From NCBI GenBank assembly GCA_951813015.1, contig CATOTG010000011.1, positions 19,843-83,842 on the forward strand: a DNA stretch of 64,000 nucleotides, read 5' to 3'. The number at the start of each line of letters is the position of its first letter. The stretch's first letter is position 1. Both the position numbers and the translations under genes were made by a program. This DNA comes from an uncultured Thermoanaerobaculia bacterium (lineage in GTDB: Bacteria; Acidobacteriota; Thermoanaerobaculia; Multivoradales; Multivoraceae). This document shows positions 8,883-18,211 of this stretch, piece by piece. The notes beneath the pieces were generated by a model. The model did no database searches. It was not told the origin of the DNA and saw only the letters and a list, made by a program, of their open reading frames with translations.

Positions 8883-9160
8883 CGGCTGGGAGTGACCTTT
8901 CGAGATTGCGGGGACGGCTTTCGGGACAGCTGGAGGGGCGCCCGGGCAGATCCGAACTCCCCGCGCGGTGAAGGCGGCAGCCGCTTGGCCAGCGTCCCGA
9001 CAACGAGGGTTGAAGCGGCACCGCGTGTGAAGGGCGGCAGGCTACAACATTCGCATCCACGGGTCGAAGCGGCGCCTTGTCCATCACCGCGGTCAACCTC
9101 ACGCGCACGGGTTGCCGTCTCCGACTCCGAAACGGCCCCTCCTGCCATAGACTCCCGGCG

Positions 9161-10453
9161 GTGTTCGCGGCATCTTCCTACGACCTGATCGTGATCGGCG
9201 CCGGCCCGGGCGGCTCGGCGGCCGCGGCGATTGCGGCTCGCGGGGGCCTGTGCACGTTGCTGCTCGAGCGGGAACCCGTGCCGACCTTCAAGATCGGCGA
9301 GTCTCTGATGCCGGACACGCACGGCGTGTTCGAGAAGATGGGGGCGCTGGAGCGGATGAAGAACAGTCGCTTCGTCGAAAAGCACTCGGTCCAGTTCTTC
9401 ACCCGGACGGGCAAGGCGTCCATGCCGTTCTACTTCGAGAAGGAAAGGCCGGGAGACGACAGCGCCCGGACTTGGCAGGTGCGCCGCTCGGAGTTCGATC
9501 AGCTCCTGATGGAGACGGCCGCCGGCCAGGGCGCCGAGGTACACCGGGGGGTCAACGTTCGCGACGTGCTGTTCGAGAACGGCCGGGCGGTCGGCGTGCG
9601 CGCGACGGCCGCGGACAACGGCGGCCCGCTGGAAGTCGCGAGCCGGGTCGTCATCGACGCCACCGGCCAGAGTGCGCTGCTGTCGCGCCGCCTCGACCTG
9701 AGCCGGGTGGACTACGGCCTGCGACACGCCTCGATCTACACCCATTTCCGCGGCGCGATCCGGGACGAAGGGAAGGACGAGGGCGCGACCCTGATCCTGC
9801 ACACGGAGTCCGGCGAATGCTGGTTCTGGTACATCCCGCTGGCCGGGGACGTGGTCAGCGTCGGGGTCGTCGGACCGATGGATGCCCTGGTGCGAAACCG
9901 TGACGGCAGACCGCACGAGATCTTCTTCGAGGAGGTCGGGAACTGCGCCGAGATCGAGCGGCGGATCGCTCCAGCCCACCAGTGCCGTCCGGTGTCGGTG
10001 ATCAAGGACTTCTCCTACCGGATCGAAGAGATGGCGGGTGACGGCTGGATCGCGATTGGCGATGCGTTCTCCTTTATCGACCCCGTGTACTCCTCCGGCG
10101 TGTTCCTGGCTCTCAAGTCCGGCGAGATGGCGGCGGAAGCGTCGATCGATGCGATCGCCGCCGGCGATTTCTCGGGTGAACGGCTGGGAGCGTTCCAGCC
10201 ACTTCTGATGCGCGGCGTCGAGGCGGTACGTCAGTTGGTCAATGTCTTCTACGATTCGAACTTCAGCGTCGGTTCGTTTCTGCGGCTGTATCCCCGGCAC
10301 CAGAGCAAGGTGACTCGCATCCTGATCGGCGACGTGTTCGAACTGGACTTCACCTCCATGTTCGAGGACATGGCGGCGTTCGCCGCGGCCGGGGGCGGCA
10401 AGACCGTTCCGCCGGCGGTGGACCAGACGGCCCGGTCCGCACCCGCGTCCTGA
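9161..10453 (+). CDS. FAD-dependent oxidoreductase, flavin-dependent-halogenase-like
   Basis: GxGxxG motif (DLIVIGAGPGGS), FKIGESLMP, a WxWxIP-type motif (CWFWYIPL, nt 9821-9838) and GDAFSFIDPVYSSGV. The start is taken as GTG 9161, since the ORF is open from 9077. Confidence 0.7.
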   Translation: MFAASSYDLIVIGAGPGGSAAAAIAARGGLCTLLLEREPVPTFKIGESLMPDTHGVFEKMGALERMKNSRFVEKHSVQFFTRTGKASMPFYFEKERPGDDSARTWQVRRSEFDQLLMETAAGQGAEVHRGVNVRDVLFENGRAVGVRATAADNGGPLEVASRVVIDATGQSALLSRRLDLSRVDYGLRHASIYTHFRGAIRDEGKDEGATLILHTESGECWFWYIPLAGDVVSVGVVGPMDALVRNRDGRPHEIFFEEVGNCAEIERRIAPAHQCRPVSVIKDFSYRIEEMAGDGWIAIGDAFSFIDPVYSSGVFLALKSGEMAAEASIDAIAAGDFSGERLGAFQPLLMRGVEAVRQLVNVFYDSNFSVGSFLRLYPRHQSKVTRILIGDVFELDFTSMFEDMAAFAAAGGGKTVPPAVDQTARSAPAS

Positions 10454-10485
10454 CCGGCGTCTGAACGGGGAACGGGGCGGAATCC

Positions 10486-10770
10486 ATGGCGGCGACGGCG
10501 GTTCGGCGGCTCGCGTACTCGAGCCTCCCCGTTTTGTACCTGCTCCACAACGACCTCTGGTTCTGGTACGACGGAAGCCGGTTCCTCGGGCTGCCGATCG
10601 GGTTGACCTACCACGTCCTGTTCACGGCCTCGGTCGTTCTGGCCATGTGGTGGCTGGTTCGAAGCGCCTGGCCGGCCGCCGAACTGGATCGCCTGGCGAC
10701 CGGCCCCGGCTCGCCGCAACCCGCGAACGCCGGCGAGGGCGAGGCCAGGTCACCTGAGGGCGAGGGATGA
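10486..10770 (+). CDS. small membrane protein, DUF3311-like, typical partner of SSS transporters
   Basis: 94 aa with two TM segments. The LLHNDLWFWYD motif matches the family, and the gene overlaps the start of the downstream symporter by 4 nt. Confidence 0.65.
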   Translation: MAATAVRRLAYSSLPVLYLLHNDLWFWYDGSRFLGLPIGLTYHVLFTASVVLAMWWLVRSAWPAAELDRLATGPGSPQPANAGEGEARSPEGEG

Positions 10771-12225
10771 CCCTCACGATCATCCTCGGCTATCTGCTGG
10801 CCGTGCTCCTGATCGGCGCGTGGAGCAGCCGGCGCCTGGCGGCAACGGGCGAGGATTTCTTCGTCGCCGGACGGACGATCGGTCCCTTCGTCCTCCTGAT
10901 GACCCTGTTCGGGACGCACATGACGTCCTTCGCCTTGCTCGGCGCGTCGGCGGAGTCGTACCGGGTCGGGATCGGCGTGTTCTCCCTGATGGCGTCGTCC
11001 TCGGCGTTGATGGTCCCTGTCGTGTTCTTCTTCGTCGGCGCCCGGGTGTGGGCGGTCGGCAGCCGTCTGGGGCTTCTGACTCAGGTTCAGTTCGTTCGCG
11101 CCCGCTGGGGCTCCGACGGGGTCGGCCTGCTGCTGTTCGTCGTCCTCGTCGTGCTGCTGGCCCCCTACCTGCTGATCGGCGTGATGGGCGGCGGCATCAC
11201 GCTCCAGCAGATCACCGACGGCGCGGCGCCGCCGTGGCTGGGCAGCTTGCTGATCTGCGGCGTCGTGATCGGCTACGTGACGAGCGGCGGTCTGCGCGGA
11301 ACGGCCTGGGTGAACACCTTCCAGACCGGGATGTTCATGCTGCTCGGCGCCGTCACCGCGATCCTGATCGTCACCAAGCTGGGCGGCGTCGGCGCGGCGC
11401 TTGACCGGGTGGCCGCGAGCCGGCCGGATCTGTTGATTCGAGGCGATTCGATCGACCCGCTGCGGCTGCTCAGCTACACCCTGATCCCGTTGTCGGTGGG
11501 GGCCTTCCCTCACATCTTCTCGCACTGGCTCTCCGCCCGGCAGGCCGCCACCTTCAAGGCCCCGATCGTGCTCTACCCGGTGTGTATCGCCGTGGTATGG
11601 ATCCCGAGCGTGCTGTTGGGCGTGTTCGGGAACATCGACTTTCCCGGGCTCGAGGGGCCGGCGTCGAACTCCGTCCTGATTCGGATGATCGCTCTCTACA
11701 CTCCCGATCTGCTCGCCGGGTTGCTCGGCGCCGGCGTCTTCGCCGCGATCATGTCGTCGCTCGACTCGCAGTCGCTCTCCCTGGGCACGATGTTCACCCA
11801 GGACATCGTGCGCCACTACCGTTGGGGGTGGCGAACTCAGCGAGTCCCGCCAGATTCTGCTGGGCCGGCTGTTCGTCGTGGGCGTGGTGGCGGCCGTCTT
11901 TCTCGTTTCCCTGGTCGCCGAACGGAGCATCTTCGCGCTCTCGGTGTGGTCGTTCACCGGCTTTGCCTCCCTGTTGCCCGTCGTCGTCGCGGCGCTCTAC
12001 TGGCGGCGCAGCACGGCCGGGGGAGCGGCCGCCGCGATCGTCACCGTGATCGTCCTCTGGATCTGGTTCTTCGTTCGCGGGTTCGGTCAGCCGGACTACA
12101 GCGTGGGCGGGACCGGCGTGATGCCGGTGGCGGTCATCTTCGCCGGCTCGGTCGCGGCGCTGGTTGTCGGTTCCCTGCTCGGCAAACCGCCCGGCGCCGA
12201 GCGGGTAGCGCGCTTTATCCCATGA
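10767..12225 (+). CDS. sodium:solute symporter family transporter with an apparent frameshift near 11821-11833
   Basis: The SSS-like multi-TM sequence is clean to ...FTQDIVRHY. It then continues in the next frame (GELSESRQILLGRLFVVGVVAAVFLVSL...ends FIP*). The junction is at gttgggggtggcg (G5 run). The 930-aa ORF in the track is a read-through artefact that fuses this gene to the next one. Confidence 0.8.
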
Positions 12226-13559
12226 CCGGCGCCGACCAGCCCCTGCGAATCGCCTACCTGGCGGCAGGCGCCGGCGGCATGATCTGCGGAAGTTGCATTC
12301 ACGACAACGCCCTCGTGCGCGCGCTCCAGCAACGAGGCCACAACGCGGTCCTGCTGCCGATTTACACGCCGCTGAGGACCGACGAGGAGAACGTCAGCTA
12401 CGGCAGAGTCTTCTATGGCGCGGTGAACATCTACCTGGAGCAGAAGCTGCCGCTCTGGAGCCGGGCGCCCGCGGGTCTGCGCCGGCTGCTGGACAATCCG
12501 CGTCTCCTGGCGCGAGTGACGCGTTCCGCGGCAGCGACGGACGCCCGCGAGCTGGGAGAACTGGCCCTCTCCATGGTGCGCGGCGAGGCGGGACGCCAGC
12601 TCGCGGAGCTCCAGGGTCTCGCCAGGTGGCTCGGGGACGAGTTCCAGCCCGATGTCGTACACCTGACGAACTCCATGCTCCTGGGCATGGTCCACCACCT
12701 GCGCGAAGTGCTGCCTCGAGCGCTCATCGTTTGCGGCCTCCAGGGCGAGGACATCTTCCTCGAGGACCTGGAGGACCCCCACAGGTCGGAGGTCCTTGCC
12801 GAAATGCGGCGCCGGGTTCGCGAGGTCGATGTCCTCGTCGCCCCGAACGAGTACTACGCGGCCGCCATGGCCGAGCTGCTCGACCTGCCGCTGTCCCGCA
12901 TCGACGTAGCCCGTCTCGGGATCGACCTCGAAGGTCACGGAAACCGCACCGCGGAACCCGCGGAGTCGCCGCTGATCATGGGGTACCTGGCCCGGATGTG
13001 CCCGGAGAAGGGCTTTCATCTCGCGGCCGAGGCGTTCAAGGAACTGAGCGATCGTCTGGGGCCCGGTCGCGTCCGCTTCCGTGCCGCGGGTTACCTGGGG
13101 GGCCGGGATCGCGTGTACTTCGAACTCCAGCGGCGGCGCATCGCCGACTGGGGCCTGGAACCCCACTTCGAGTGGCTCGGCGAGGTGGACAGGCAGCAGA
13201 AGATCGACCTCCTTCACGGTGTGCATGTGCTCGTCCTGCCGACGGTCTACCGGGAGGCGAAGGGATTGCCGGCGCTCGAGGCAATGGCGAACGGCGTACC
13301 GGCCGTTCTGCCGGACCACGGCGCGTTTCCCGAGATGCTCGAGATGACCGGAGGCGGCACGCTGGTGCCGGCCGGCGACGTGTCGGCATTGGCAAGCGCG
13401 GTCGAGGAGTTGGGCGCCGATGCGGATCGCAGGGCCCAGCTCGGACGCTCGGGCCTCCAGGGCGTGCGAAGGCACTACACAGCCCGGTTGATGGCCTCGG
13501 ACACGCTCGCGTCGTACCGTCGCGGTCTGAGACGACGAGCGGCGGGCGCCGCTACCTGA
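12222..13559 (+). CDS. glycosyltransferase (GT-B, GT4-like)
   Basis: MTGADQPLRIAYL... The C-terminal half has GT1/GT4 hallmarks (LVLPTVYREAKGLPALEAMANGVPAVLPDHGAFPEML). The ATG overlaps the SSS stop (ATGA). Confidence 0.8.
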   Translation: MTGADQPLRIAYLAAGAGGMICGSCIHDNALVRALQQRGHNAVLLPIYTPLRTDEENVSYGRVFYGAVNIYLEQKLPLWSRAPAGLRRLLDNPRLLARVTRSAAATDARELGELALSMVRGEAGRQLAELQGLARWLGDEFQPDVVHLTNSMLLGMVHHLREVLPRALIVCGLQGEDIFLEDLEDPHRSEVLAEMRRRVREVDVLVAPNEYYAAAMAELLDLPLSRIDVARLGIDLEGHGNRTAEPAESPLIMGYLARMCPEKGFHLAAEAFKELSDRLGPGRVRFRAAGYLGGRDRVYFELQRRRIADWGLEPHFEWLGEVDRQQKIDLLHGVHVLVLPTVYREAKGLPALEAMANGVPAVLPDHGAFPEMLEMTGGGTLVPAGDVSALASAVEELGADADRRAQLGRSGLQGVRRHYTARLMASDTLASYRRGLRRRAAGAAT

Positions 13560-13663
13560 GCCGGTCAGGACCTTGCGCGGCAGAACCGGGTGCTGCCGGC
13601 CGTTCCTCCAATCCCACGGGCTGCGGTTCGTGGCCGGTGAGGTCGACATGTCCCTCGGCGGCG

Positions 13664-13759
13664 TTGAAGGAGCGCGGCCTGTTCGACGAAACCCTGCTCA
13701 TCCGGGGTGGCGAGTTCGGCCGCAGTCTGGCGGGCCGCGCTAGCATCTCGCCGCGATGA
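13664..13759 (+). pseudogene. short relic resembling the C-terminal part of a DUF1501-family protein
   Basis: LKERGLFDETLLIRGGEFGRS resembles the conserved DUF1501 segment (..RGLLD.TLV.WGGEFGRTP). There is only about 30 aa and no upstream gene body. Confidence 0.3.
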
Positions 13760-14457
13760 CTGACGCGCTCCACTTCGATTCCGTCACGAAGTCCTACGAC
13801 ACGGAGGCCGGGATCGTCGAGGTCTTGCGGGGAGTCTCGCTGGCCCTGGGCGCGGGAGAAGCCCTGGCGGTAACCGGTCCCTCGGGCAGCGGCAAGAGCA
13901 CTCTCCTGCACCTTGCGGCGACGCTGGAGGCGCCGACGTCCGGCGACATCCGGATCGCGGGCCAGGCGGCCCACGACCTGCCCGAACGGGAGCTGGCCGC
14001 GTTCCGCAGCCGGAGGGTCGGCCTGGTGTTCCAGGATCACTATCTGCTGCCGCAGTACACGATGCTGCAGAACGTGCTTCTTCCCACCGTGGCCGCTGGC
14101 GGCGGCGTGGACGGAGGAGAGGAGCGGGCCCGGCGCCTGCTCCGGGCCGTCGGCCTCGGTACGCGCATCGACCATCGACCAGCGCAGCTCTCGGGGGGCG
14201 AGAGGCAGCGAGCGGCCATCGTGCGCGCGCTGATCAACCGGCCGAGCCTGCTCCTTTGCGACGAACCGACCGGCAACCTGGACGCCGCGACCGCCACGTC
14301 CGTGGCCGACCTCCTGCTCGACCTCCACGCCGAAGGCGACAGCGCCCTGATCGTGGTCACTCACAGTCTGGAGCTGGCCGCGCGCCTGCCGCGGCAGGTC
14401 GTGTTGCGGGGAGGCCTGCTCACGGAAGCGCGGCCGCGGCCGGCGGCCGGAGGCTGA
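13756..14457 (+). CDS. ABC transporter ATP-binding protein (MacB/LolD/FtsE-like)
   Basis: Walker A (GPSGSGKST), signature (LSGGERQR) and Walker B (LLLCDEPTGNLD). Confidence 0.9.
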   Translation: MTDALHFDSVTKSYDTEAGIVEVLRGVSLALGAGEALAVTGPSGSGKSTLLHLAATLEAPTSGDIRIAGQAAHDLPERELAAFRSRRVGLVFQDHYLLPQYTMLQNVLLPTVAAGGGVDGGEERARRLLRAVGLGTRIDHRPAQLSGGERQRAAIVRALINRPSLLLCDEPTGNLDAATATSVADLLLDLHAEGDSALIVVTHSLELAARLPRQVVLRGGLLTEARPRPAAGG

Positions 14458-14586
14458 AGTGTCGGGCATGCGCATGAGGACGTGGAGTCCGGCCTGTACG
14501 AGGGCGCTCCTGGCTGCGGCGTCCTCATCTTCACCTGATCAGGCGCCGGCAACGAAACGGCAGGCGGACGGAGGCTGACGTCTTGA

Positions 14587-17500
14587 GTGCGGCCAGGCCC
14601 GGCGGAACAGGTCGGCAGCGGCGGCGGCCCGAACGAGCCTCACGTGGCTGAAGTCGTGAGTGCGGCCAGGCCCGGCGGAACCCTGCCCAGTCTGCGGCAC
14701 TACTGGCGCTCCAACGTCGCCGTTGTGCTGACTGCCGCCGTCGCGGCGTCGGTGCTCACCGGCGCCCTGATGGTTGGCGACTCGGTGCGAGGGAGCCTGC
14801 GGGACCTGACCCTGGACCGGCTCGGCGGTATCGACCATGCACTGCTCGGCGCCGGCTTCTTTCGCGAGGGCTTGCGGGACGAGCTGGGCGAGGATCCCGA
14901 GTTCGCGTCCCGCTACGGGTTGGTGTCGGCGGCAATTCTGATGCAGGGGAGCGTCGTGGCGCCCGAGAGCGGCCGGCGCGCCGCGCGGATCAACGTCCAG
15001 GGGATCGACGACGCCTTTGCCGCGTCCTTTCCGGGCACGGAGGAGGCACTCGACCTGTCCCGGCGCGACGGTCAACTGTTCGCGTCGATTGCGGTCAACC
15101 GATCCCTCGCTTCGTCTCTTGCGGTCGCGGAGGGCGACTCCGTACTCCTCTACCTGGAACGGCCGAGTGAAGCCCCGCGCGCCAGCCTGATGGGGGAGAA
15201 GGACCCTGCAGACCAGTTGGAGAGCGTGCGCCTCAGCGTCGTGTCGGTGCTGGAAGACGTCGGCGCGGGCCGCTTCCAGCTCGCCCCGCACCAGAGCCAG
15301 CCGCTGGTTGCCTATCTCCGCCTGCGCGACCTCCAGCGGGAACTCGGTCGCCGCAACCTCGCCAACACGCTGTTGGTGGGGGAGCGAGCGAAGACCGGTT
15401 CCGGCCCGGTGGCTGACCCGGAGGCCTCGGCAGCCGAGGTCGAGCGCCGCATCCGTTCCCAGGCCGAAGTGGTCGATTTCGGGCTCACCCTCGAGGCGAA
15501 GGACGATCACCTGCTGGTGACGACATCCCGGGTCATTCTCGGCGCCGAGTTGGCCCGGGAAGTTCAGGCTGCGGCCTCGGAGGCTGGCGCCGAAACGATC
15601 GAAGTCTCGACCTATCTGGCCAATCGGGCCGCGGCCGACAGCGGCGCAGCCGCGCCGTACTCGACGATCGCGGCGCTGGACACGGCTCGCGCCGGTGAAC
15701 TTGGCGTCCTGCGTCTGACGGACGGCCGACCGGCGCCCGGGCTCGGACGTGGTGAAGTGCTGGTCAACTCGCTCTTGGCCGAAGATCTCGCGGTGGGAGC
15801 GGGCGACCGGCTGGCAATCGACTACTTCCAGCTTGGCGACCGGGAGCAGTTGATCGAACAGACCGTCGAGACCACGGTGGCCGGAGTGGTCGAGATGACG
15901 GGTTGGGGCGTCGACCGAACGCTGACGCCGGACTTTCCCGGGGTCGCCGACGCGGACAACATGAGCGACTGGGATCCGACCTTTCCGGTCGATCTGAGCC
16001 GGATACGGGATCAGGACGAGGCCTACTGGGACGAGTTCCGCGCCACCCCCAAGCTCTTTGCAGGCCTGGACTACGGCGCCGAGCTCTGGTCGAGCCGGTT
16101 CGGCCACCTGACCTCCCTTCGACTTCTGCCGCCGGACGGCACGACACCGGCGGAGCTCCGGGAGACGCTCGAAGAAGGGTTGCCGGACCGGGTCGCGCTT
16201 CACGCGGCTGGCCTCGCGGTGGAGCCGGTCAAGGCCAGGGGGCTGCGCGGCGCCTCGGGGGCTACGGACTTCGGCGGCCTCTTCGTGGGCTTCAGCCTCT
16301 TTCTCATCGTCTCGGCGGCGTTGCTGGTGGGGCTCTTTTTCCGCCTGGGAACAGAGGGCCGCGCAAACGAGATGGGACTTCTGCTGGCGCTTGGCTACGG
16401 TGTCGCGCGGGTCCGCCGCCGCTTCCTGGCGGAGGGGGCCCTGCTGGGCGGTGTGGGGGTGCTCTTCGGCCTCGGCGGCGCGGTGCTCTACGCCGGCGCG
16501 ATGATGGCCGCACTGCGAACCCTGTGGCGATCCGCGGTCGGCTCGAGTCACCTCTACCTGCACGTCGAACCCGTCACGCTGGCGTTGGGCGGCGCGGCGT
16601 CCATTCTGGTCGTCCTGTTCGCGATCCGGGGCGCCGTCGGTCGCCTTGCCGCGGTGTCGCCGATCCGGCTTCTGCGGGGAGAGACGTCGGACCCGCCGCC
16701 TGCGGCCCGCGTACAGGGGCGACGGGCCCGATGGACCGCGAGCGCCGGCGGCGGGATCGCCGCGGTGCTTCTCGGCGCCTCGGCGGCGGCGCCGGCGTCC
16801 ATCGCTGCCTACCTGTTCTTCGGCGGCGGCGCCTGCCTCCTGATCGCCGGCCTGGCGGGCTTCACGCTGTGGCTCCGGAAGCGTCCGGCGGCGCCGCTCG
16901 AGAGCTGGTCCTTGCGGGTCGGTTCAAGGATGGCCGCGGCCAACGCGTCTCTCAATCCGGGCCGGAGCCTGCTCTGTGCGGCCCTGGTAGCCAGCGCATC
17001 GTTCGTCATCGTGGCCGTTGGCGCCTACGGTTTGCGCTTCGGCGAGGAAACACGCGCGCTGGACTCGGGCGCCGGCGGCTTCGACCTGGTGGCGGAGGCC
17101 GACGTTTCGATTCTGGCCGATCTCACCACGGTGGATGGTCGGTACGATCTCGGTTTCGGGGAAGAGGCGTCCGCGCTCATTGGACAGAGTCAGGTTCTCG
17201 CCTTTCGGACCGTGCCCGGCGACGACATCAGTTGCCTGAACCTGTTTCAGCCGGAACGACCGCGGTTGCTGGGTGCGCCGCCGGAGTTGATCGAGCGGGG
17301 CGGTTTTCGGTTCCAGGCGCTCGCGGAGCACGCGGGCGAAGAGCCGTGGAAGCTGCTGGAGGAGGATCTCGGGCCGGGAATCGTCCCCGCGATCGGCGAC
17401 TTCAACTCGGTCATCTGGATCCTTCACTCGGGACTGGGGCAGGGAATCGAGATCGAAACCGAACGCGGCGACACCCTGGAACTCAGGCTGGTCGGGCTGC

Positions 17501-18096
17501 TTCGCAAGAGCGTCTTCCAGAGCGAGCTCGTGATCTCCGAAGCGAACCTGGCGAAGCACTTCCCGAGCCGCACCGGCGCCTCCTACTTCCTGCTGCGAAC
17601 ACCGCCGGGCGAGCAGGACCGCACGATGCAGGAACTGGAACGCACGCTCGGCGGCTTCGGCTTCGACGCAGTTCCCACCGCCGAGCGCCTGCAGGCTTTC
17701 CAGGCAGTCGAGAACACCTACCTCGGCACCTTCCAGACCCTGGGCGGACTCGGCCTTCTCCTCGGCACGTTGGGACTGGCGGTCGTCCTGCTGCGGAACC
17801 TGCTCGAACGCCGTGGCGAGCTGGCCACGATGCAGGCGATCGGATTCTGGCGACGAGCGCTCGCCTGGCTCGTGGTGGCCGAGAACGGCCTGGTCCTGAC
17901 AGCGGGAGTTGCCGTCGGCGCCGCTTCGGCGCTGGTCGCGGTGAGCCCGCACCTGCTCGGAGGCCACGCACTGGTGCCGTGGCTCTCCCTGGCCCTCACA
18001 CTGCTCCTGGTCATGGCGGCCGGAACCCTGGCCAGCCTGGCCGCGGTTCGTCGGGTCACGCGCGAGGAACTCCTGCCGGCGCTTCGGGGCTCCTAG
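14587..18096 (+). CDS. large ABC transporter permease with FtsX/MacB-type domains
   Basis: Roughly 1,150 aa with TM clusters and large extracytoplasmic domains, following its ATPase. The C-terminal FtsX-like 4-TM bundle is visible. The exact start is uncertain, with GTG options between 14587 and 14660. Confidence 0.8.
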   Translation: MRPGPAEQVGSGGGPNEPHVAEVVSAARPGGTLPSLRHYWRSNVAVVLTAAVAASVLTGALMVGDSVRGSLRDLTLDRLGGIDHALLGAGFFREGLRDELGEDPEFASRYGLVSAAILMQGSVVAPESGRRAARINVQGIDDAFAASFPGTEEALDLSRRDGQLFASIAVNRSLASSLAVAEGDSVLLYLERPSEAPRASLMGEKDPADQLESVRLSVVSVLEDVGAGRFQLAPHQSQPLVAYLRLRDLQRELGRRNLANTLLVGERAKTGSGPVADPEASAAEVERRIRSQAEVVDFGLTLEAKDDHLLVTTSRVILGAELAREVQAAASEAGAETIEVSTYLANRAAADSGAAAPYSTIAALDTARAGELGVLRLTDGRPAPGLGRGEVLVNSLLAEDLAVGAGDRLAIDYFQLGDREQLIEQTVETTVAGVVEMTGWGVDRTLTPDFPGVADADNMSDWDPTFPVDLSRIRDQDEAYWDEFRATPKLFAGLDYGAELWSSRFGHLTSLRLLPPDGTTPAELRETLEEGLPDRVALHAAGLAVEPVKARGLRGASGATDFGGLFVGFSLFLIVSAALLVGLFFRLGTEGRANEMGLLLALGYGVARVRRRFLAEGALLGGVGVLFGLGGAVLYAGAMMAALRTLWRSAVGSSHLYLHVEPVTLALGGAASILVVLFAIRGAVGRLAAVSPIRLLRGETSDPPPAARVQGRRARWTASAGGGIAAVLLGASAAAPASIAAYLFFGGGACLLIAGLAGFTLWLRKRPAAPLESWSLRVGSRMAAANASLNPGRSLLCAALVASASFVIVAVGAYGLRFGEETRALDSGAGGFDLVAEADVSILADLTTVDGRYDLGFGEEASALIGQSQVLAFRTVPGDDISCLNLFQPERPRLLGAPPELIERGGFRFQALAEHAGEEPWKLLEEDLGPGIVPAIGDFNSVIWILHSGLGQGIEIETERGDTLELRLVGLLRKSVFQSELVISEANLAKHFPSRTGASYFLLRTPPGEQDRTMQELERTLGGFGFDAVPTAERLQAFQAVENTYLGTFQTLGGLGLLLGTLGLAVVLLRNLLERRGELATMQAIGFWRRALAWLVVAENGLVLTAGVAVGAASALVAVSPHLLGGHALVPWLSLALTLLLVMAAGTLASLAAVRRVTREELLPALRGS

Positions 18097-18211
18097 CAAC
18101 AACGGGCTGCTCAGGTCGATCTCCGATCCGCGACGGCCTCGTCGCAGCGGCCCTCGCCGCGCTTCGGGGCCCCCTGGCAACAACGGGGGGCTCCTGGCAA
18201 CAACGGGCTGC

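Noticed and set aside
8883-9160. Cobalamin or other riboswitch in the 5' leader of the TonB-dependent receptor
   Set aside because: Reading the minus strand, I could not find a B12 box or the conserved GGGAA / GGTG..AATCC / CCCGC..CTGT core, nor TPP-like motifs. Only loose resemblances were present.
10767-13559. A single 930-aa transporter-glycosyltransferase fusion protein
   Set aside because: The middle about 130 aa (RWGWRTQRVPPDSAGPAVRRGRGGG...) is out-of-frame read-through. The true products are a frameshifted SSS transporter (ends 12225) and a separate glycosyltransferase (starts 12222).
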